Assembly (NCBI GenBank): GCA_963812015.1
Contig: CAWETI010000003.1
Span: 1,088,001-1,152,000, forward strand
Reading direction: 5' to 3'
DNA from: an uncultured delta proteobacterium
GTDB taxonomy: Bacteria > Desulfobacterota > Desulfobaccia > Desulfobaccales > 0-14-0-80-60-11
Length of the DNA: 64,000 bases
The notes beneath the pieces were generated by a model. It was not told the origin of the DNA, did not search any database, and saw only the letters and a program-made list of their open reading frames with translations. Made by a program: the position numbers and the translations under genes. Each line of letters starts with the position of its first letter. Positions within the stretch are counted from its first letter, which is position 1. Shown piece after piece: positions 58,747 through 64,000 of this stretch.

Positions 58747-59617
58747 GATCATTATCATCAGCGGCAAGGGGGGCACGGGCAAGACCTCGCTGACCGGAGC
58801 CTTCGCCCATCTGGCCAGTAACAAGGTCATCTGCGATCTTGACGTGGACGCTCCGGATCTGCACCTGCTGGTCGAGCCGACGAAAGAACGCCTGGAGGAA
58901 TTCTTCTCGGGGCATGAGGCTCAGATCGATGGCGAAAAATGCGATGGTTGCGGTTTATGTGCCTCTCTCTGCCAGTATGGGGCGATTCGGGAGAATGGCG
59001 CAGGTTTTGCGGTTGACCCGGTGCGCTGCGAGGGCTGCAAGGTCTGCGTGGTATTTTGCCCGGCTGCGGCCATCGGGTTCCCCGAGAAACATTGTGGCCA
59101 ATGGTACGTCTCATCCACCCGCTTCGGCCCCCTGGTCCATGCCCAGCTCTTTCCGGGCGCCGAGAACTCGGGCAGGCTCGTTATGGTTCTTAAGCAACAA
59201 GCCCGGGAACTGGCCAAAGCCCGGGGCGCCGATCTGGTGTTGTGCGACGGCGCCCCAGGTATCGGCTGTGCGGTGATCAGCTCGCTGTCGGGGGCCCACC
59301 TGGCGGTGGCGGTCACGGAGCCCACGCCCTCGGGGCGACATGACCTGGAGCGGGTTGCGGCTCTCTGCCGACACTTTCAGACGGCCTTTGCGGTCATCAT
59401 TAATAAGTATGACCTCAATCCGGACGAGACCGCCCGGATCGAAGTCTTTTGCCATGGCGAGAGTTATCCGGTGCTGGCGCACCTGCCCCACGATTCGCTG
59501 GTTACCAAAGCCATGATCCAGGGTTTGGTGGTAACCGAGCTGCCCGAGTCGGATTTTAGCCGTGAGCTGGGCCAGGCCTGGAGCCGGATCGAGGCACTGG
59601 CCGGCCTGGGCCGGTAG
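58739..59617 (+). CDS. Second COG1149 P-loop ATPase/ferredoxin paralog
   Basis: SGKGGTGKT, DLDVDAPDL, CDGCGLC..C, CEGCKVC..CP, ENSGRLV, EPTPSG. Confidence 0.88.
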   Translation: MREIIIISGKGGTGKTSLTGAFAHLASNKVICDLDVDAPDLHLLVEPTKERLEEFFSGHEAQIDGEKCDGCGLCASLCQYGAIRENGAGFAVDPVRCEGCKVCVVFCPAAAIGFPEKHCGQWYVSSTRFGPLVHAQLFPGAENSGRLVMVLKQQARELAKARGADLVLCDGAPGIGCAVISSLSGAHLAVAVTEPTPSGRHDLERVAALCRHFQTAFAVIINKYDLNPDETARIEVFCHGESYPVLAHLPHDSLVTKAMIQGLVVTELPESDFSRELGQAWSRIEALAGLGR

Positions 59618-59728
59618 GGAAGGCCGCGGACAGAGAAGATTTTAGCAAGATAGCTTGAAGAGCTGCTGACGCCAGGTTTTGCACCATTAAGGCAGGATAC
59701 ATTTAAAAGCACCTTAAGGAGAATATCA

Positions 59729-60121
59729 ATGAAGAGTATGCTTGTTGCAATTCCCTCAACCCATCCCGGGGGACTTGAGGCTGCGATTGGAGCGCATTTC
59801 GGCCACTGTGACCTCTACACCCTGGTGAAAATCGCTGAAGGCCAAGTGCTGGAGGTCACCACCTTGCCCAATGTTCCACACCAGCAGGGGGGCTGCATGG
59901 CCCCGGTCAACCACCTGGCCCAAAACGGCGTGCAGGTCCTTATCGCCGGCGGCATGGGCATGCGGCCGCTCATGGGGTTCAATCAGGCGGGAATCGACGT
60001 CCTGTATGGTAACGGCGCCCAAACCGTGAGCCAGGCAGTGGAGGCGCTCTTGAACGGAACCTTGACGCGTTTTACCACCGAGTTCACCTGCGGCGGCGGT
60101 GGTGGGGCTTCACAGATGTGA
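59729..60121 (+). CDS. NifB/NifX-family protein
   Basis: AHFGHC, HQQGGC, GGMGMRP. Confidence 0.85.
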   Translation: MKSMLVAIPSTHPGGLEAAIGAHFGHCDLYTLVKIAEGQVLEVTTLPNVPHQQGGCMAPVNHLAQNGVQVLIAGGMGMRPLMGFNQAGIDVLYGNGAQTVSQAVEALLNGTLTRFTTEFTCGGGGGASQM

Positions 60122-60213
60122 AGGTCCTGGCGGACCTCGGGACTCGGAGCTCAAGGAGCCGATGGCGGCCTGGTTCCGGGTTCCGAGAGCCACGTTTGCT
60201 GAGAGGTGAATCC

Positions 60214-60588
60214 ATGCTGCACATCGTTCTCGCCACCGCTCGACCTAAAGCAATGCAGGCCTTCGCCGAAGCTCTATCCTCAAACCCGGAGGTGAACCTT
60301 CAGCAGGTCATCTCCGGTGCCGAGGCCCTGGAAGCGGCGCGCACCGCTGCCCCCCATCTCGTGATTATTGATGCTGATCTCCCGGACACCGCGCCTTTGG
60401 ATCTCGTCCAGAAGCTCCTCATGGTCAATGCCATGGTGAATACCGCAGTGGTCAGTTCACTTTCCGACGAGGAGTTCCACGAGGTGAGCGAAGGCCTCGG
60501 GATTCTTGGCCGGCTGCCAAACGATCCCAAGAGGAGCGATGCAGGCGAACTGCTCCACAAGCTCAGAACGGTGCTCGGGGTTGGATGA
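60214..60588 (+). CDS. CheY-like receiver-domain protein
   Basis: SGAEALE..PHLVIIDADLPD; GAGGTG RBS before ATG 60214. Confidence 0.7.
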   Translation: MLHIVLATARPKAMQAFAEALSSNPEVNLQQVISGAEALEAARTAAPHLVIIDADLPDTAPLDLVQKLLMVNAMVNTAVVSSLSDEEFHEVSEGLGILGRLPNDPKRSDAGELLHKLRTVLGVG

Positions 60589-60713
60589 TTGCAATGAGGC
60601 TCACAGTACCTGCTTACCGTGACGTTGCAGAAAAAATAGCTTATAGCTTGCCATATTGGGACGTTTGAAGCGGCAGGGTGAAGTGGCGATATGAAATGAA
60701 TGGGGAAGGATCG

Positions 60714-62123
60714 TTAGATTTTAATAGTCTGGTGCAGGGCCGGGACCATGACCCTCCGGTAACCCAAATCATCGCGCAGCCGGGTGGCCAGTACCTGGGC
60801 CGCGTCCGGCTCGCCGTGCACGACAAAGGTTTGCTCCGGGCGCTTCTTGAAGGCCTGCGCCCAACTCAAGAGGCCCGGCTGATCGGCATGGCTGCTGAAG
60901 CCATTCAGCGTAACCACTTCAGCTTCCAGGTGGTATTCCATCCCAAAGATCCTCACCACCGGCGCATGTTCCACGAGGCGGCGGCCCAAGGTATTGGGGG
61001 CCTGCCAGCCGACAATCAAGACCGTGTTGCGGGGGTCCTCGATATTGTTTTTTAGATGGTGTTGGACCCGCCCGGCCTCCGCCATGCCGGAAGCGCTGAT
61101 AATCACGCAGGGGCCTCTGAGGGTGTGAAGTTTCTTGGACTGTTCCACGTCCTGGATGTATCGCAACCGCTTGAAGCCGAAAATATCGCCATCCTGGTCT
61201 AGCTGCCGCAGATAGTCCCGGGTTTCGTCATCGAAATATTCCGGATGCCGGCGAAAAATGCCAGTCACGTTGACCGCCAAAGGACTGTCCACATAGATAG
61301 GGATGTCAGGCAGGTCGCCCTGGTGGTAAAGCTGGTTCAGGAGGTATACAAGAAGCTGCGTGCGTTCGACGGCAAAGGCTGGAATGATGACCTTGCCCCC
61401 CCGGGCGCTGGTGCGTCTGATCGTCTGATTGAGAACTGCCGCCGACTCCTCCAGGGGTGGGTGGGTCCGGTTGCCATAAGTGCTCTCGATGAGCAGGATG
61501 TCGGCGGCCGTAAGAATGGTGGGGTCGCGCAAAATTGGCAGGTGAGGCCGGCCCAGGTCGCCGGTAAAGACCAAGCGCTGGTTGGGCCCGCCATGCCCCA
61601 TCGGGAAATCGAGGACGACGATGGCCGAGCCCAGCATATGCCCGGCATCGTATAGGGTTAACGTGACGCCCGGTCCCAGACGATATGGCCTCTCATATTC
61701 AATCCCCTCAAAATACTGCAGTGCCTCAGTCGCGTCTTCCTGGGTGTAGATGGGCTCGACCGGAGGCTCGCCATGCTTCCGCCGCTGCCGGTTGACATAC
61801 TCCACGTCTTCTTCTTGAATATGGCCGCTATCGAGGAGCATGGCGCCGCAGAGGTCAGCCGTAGCCGTGGTGCAAACAATCTTGCCCCTGAAGCCTTGTT
61901 TCACCAAGTTAGGGATATTACCCGAATGATCAATGTGCGCGTGAGACAGCACCACCACATCAACGGCCGCGGCATCGAAGGGGAACTCCCGGTTCCGTCT
62001 CCGGGCCTCCTCGCGCTTCCCCTGATACAGGCCGCAGTCGAGAAGAATATTCTGCCCGTTCACCGCGAGCAAATGCTGAGAACCGGTTACCGTCTGGGCT
62101 GCCCCGTGAAAACTGATCTGCAT
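60714..62123 (-). CDS. MBL-fold beta-CASP ribonuclease (YSH1/COG1236-like)
   Basis: VTGS, SHAHIDHSG, AGHMLGS, ESTYG, PAFAVERTQ, FSSHAD, VHGE. Confidence 0.92.
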   Translation of the reverse strand: MQISFHGAAQTVTGSQHLLAVNGQNILLDCGLYQGKREEARRRNREFPFDAAAVDVVVLSHAHIDHSGNIPNLVKQGFRGKIVCTTATADLCGAMLLDSGHIQEEDVEYVNRQRRKHGEPPVEPIYTQEDATEALQYFEGIEYERPYRLGPGVTLTLYDAGHMLGSAIVVLDFPMGHGGPNQRLVFTGDLGRPHLPILRDPTILTAADILLIESTYGNRTHPPLEESAAVLNQTIRRTSARGGKVIIPAFAVERTQLLVYLLNQLYHQGDLPDIPIYVDSPLAVNVTGIFRRHPEYFDDETRDYLRQLDQDGDIFGFKRLRYIQDVEQSKKLHTLRGPCVIISASGMAEAGRVQHHLKNNIEDPRNTVLIVGWQAPNTLGRRLVEHAPVVRIFGMEYHLEAEVVTLNGFSSHADQPGLLSWAQAFKKRPEQTFVVHGEPDAAQVLATRLRDDLGYRRVMVPALHQTIKI

Positions 62124-62230
62124 AAAGTAAGCTCAAGCTGCTATTTTGCTGGACCCCCGCTAACGGGGGCTGCCAAGGATCTCACTGCTCCTTGATGCCT
62201 AACTGTCCCGGAAATTTAGATTGCAGAGAT

Positions 62231-63100
62231 TTATTTTCTGGTAAAGATAAGATTTTTAAAACCAGCGCCCTCTTCTGCCAATCTGCGTTCATAGGCAATG
62301 ATAAACCCCGCCCGGTGGAAGAAATCGGTGATGGCCGGCTCCGATTGGCCGCTCACCTCGATCACCACAGAGCGTAATCGTGCATTCCGCACGGTTTTCG
62401 TCATCCCGGCGATGATATTTTGTTCGGCGCCGTCAACATCGATTTTCAGGTAATCAGGAAAAATATTAATCATATCAATGAATTGATCCATTGAAATCGA
62501 TATGGTCTTATAGGATACGAAATCGTATTTCTCTCTATTTTCCACAAAGTAGTATTGAGTCGGCTCAGAAAATGTATGGGTTTTAAGTCCGTCGGACAAT
62601 GCTAAGTAATATTGATCAACATTACTGATATTATTCAAGCTAAGATTGTAGGCCAGATTAAATGAAGATTGCAAAGCTAAGTCAAAGGCAATGATTTTTT
62701 TGGGGCCATTTTTTTTAAGAGCGGCATATAATGTTTCAGTGCCGAAAGATGCTCCGACATCAAAAAAATTACAATCTTTTTCAAAGCTATCGATCCAATC
62801 CAGGACTTCAGGTTCTCTTTCTTCCCATTGCTTAAAAGTATTATAAACTCCAACTTCATTCAATGGCATAATAACTTTTATCGGGACCCCTCTAACGATT
62901 GTTTTAGGAATGGGGAGGATTCGCCCAAAAAAATCAAACAATCTTTTTGAGAAACCAGTCTTTTCGACGAATAAGTTCAGGAGAGTATTGATCGTACCGA
63001 AAACTATATTTTCCACCGTTCCCGAGAACCGCCATTTTTTCACCGCTGTCATGAGATAATTCCTTTCGCTCAAGACGCTTGAGAATTTTCCCCAAACCAT
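62231..63100 (-). CDS. FkbM family methyltransferase (AT-rich gene; start may be 63052)
   Basis: FDVGASFG, LKIDVDGAE. Confidence 0.8.
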   Translation of the reverse strand: MVWGKFSSVLSERNYLMTAVKKWRFSGTVENIVFGTINTLLNLFVEKTGFSKRLFDFFGRILPIPKTIVRGVPIKVIMPLNEVGVYNTFKQWEEREPEVLDWIDSFEKDCNFFDVGASFGTETLYAALKKNGPKKIIAFDLALQSSFNLAYNLSLNNISNVDQYYLALSDGLKTHTFSEPTQYYFVENREKYDFVSYKTISISMDQFIDMINIFPDYLKIDVDGAEQNIIAGMTKTVRNARLRSVVIEVSGQSEPAITDFFHRAGFIIAYERRLAEEGAGFKNLIFTRK

Positions 63101-63700
63101 TCCGGTCTGTCAAGATTAAACCAGCTTTGGCCCAATTCCTCAGTGGTTATATAAGGAAGGGAGGCAGGGATTCCCCTTTATCTTCATTTACCATAAAAAA
63201 ATCCTAAAAGCTCACCATCACCCTATCCTTAATACCCGGCTGGCACTGTAGCCCGGGCGGCGAGGCGGCCGGCGCTTGCGGTTGCCTCGGATGCGCCAAG
63301 GCTTTCCAACGCCCCGGCTGCCAGGTTTCCTGCCTCAAAAAATTGGCGCCAGCCGGGTTCACCGACCGACGCCATAAGCGCGGCGGCAATCATGACCTTG
63401 GGTTCAGGGCAAAAATTTATTCAGAAAGGCAACAGGTGTCCCCCCTGGCTCCTGGTGTCCCCCCGGTAGGCCGGGAGAGCCTTTTAGGGCCAAGGTTTCC
63501 GGGCCCCGCGGTGCAAGATGGGCCGCGCCATCCGGGCGGATTTCCAGCTCACTGAACTGAGGCACCAGCGGCTCCGGTGACCTGGGGGGCGGAATTTTTC
63601 TTCATCGCAACGAAAAATTCATTATTGCTTAACTTTAATTTAATTTATGCCCGATAAACTCATCATCTAATAGCCTCCAAACCTGTGAAAGGGAGTACCT

Positions 63701-64000
63701 ATGCTGAACTACAATCTCCACCTTGATGCCGCCACCCCGGTGGATCAGCGGCAACCCACCGTCCCGGCTCCCCAGGCCGAACCGCTGAACGACCGGCTTT
63801 TTCCCGGCCAGTTTCTGGCTCCCTTAGGCCACGTCATCGACTTTCTGGATCGCCGCACCCACCAAGGCGGCAGCCAGGTGATCATCCGCTTCAAAAACGA
63901 CTATGGGGCGATCATTTCGGAATACCGGTTGCTGGAAGGAATTTATGAGATCGCGCCCCTCCGGTTTCAGGGTCCCGGGCGGGATGACTATGAGTTCTAT
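63701..64000 (+). CDS. Hypothetical protein, truncated by the window end
   Basis: GGGAG RBS, ATG 63701, open to the end: MLNYNLHLD...IRFKNDYGAIISEY...YEIAPL. Confidence 0.55.
   Translation, partial: MLNYNLHLDAATPVDQRQPTVPAPQAEPLNDRLFPGQFLAPLGHVIDFLDRRTHQGGSQVIIRFKNDYGAIISEYRLLEGIYEIAPLRFQGPGRDDYEFY

Noticed and set aside
57509..60121. Nitrogen fixation cluster
   Set aside because: Only NifX-like domains and MinD-type ATPases; no nifH/D/K
63204..63605. Short ORFs or a pseudogene upstream of the FkbM gene
   Set aside because: No recognisable homology or consistent reading frame

Overview
GC-rich bacterial chromosome segment. The gene content (YcaO-TPR, ThiD-ThiN fusion, archaemetzincin, DUF1614, NifX/COG1149 module, cobalamin-completion genes) suggests an anaerobic Desulfobacterota/deltaproteobacterium; this is inference only. 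Bases 1-38.5 kb are mostly housekeeping: mutS2, yqeY, rpsU, sppA, cysteine desulfurase, thiD-thiN, a dehydratase/activase pair, yggS, tatD, folC, cobS/T/U/O, and a c-di-AMP (ydaO-type) riboswitch upstream of an APC/KimA-like transporter. A tRNA-His at 38.6 kb is the integration site of an ~11-kb phage-satellite-like element with a 50-bp att duplication. It carries a tyrosine integrase, an excisionase-like HTH, a P4-type primase-helicase, a single-chain restriction-modification enzyme and a candidate HEPN protein. Beyond attR lies accessory DNA with a TPR-CHAT protease and a Tat-leader peptide plus triple radical-SAM/SPASM cluster. Top novel candidates: (1) two tandem 35-36 aa membrane peptides at 6441-6662, missed by the ORF track, that align without gaps to the heme-binding helices of cytochrome b559 alpha/beta (PsbE/PsbF) in psbE-psbF order, with no photosynthesis genes in the window; (2) the RiPP-like YxD-peptide/radical SAM/CHAT locus at 49.8-57 kb. 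All assignments come from reading motifs by eye; no database searches were run.
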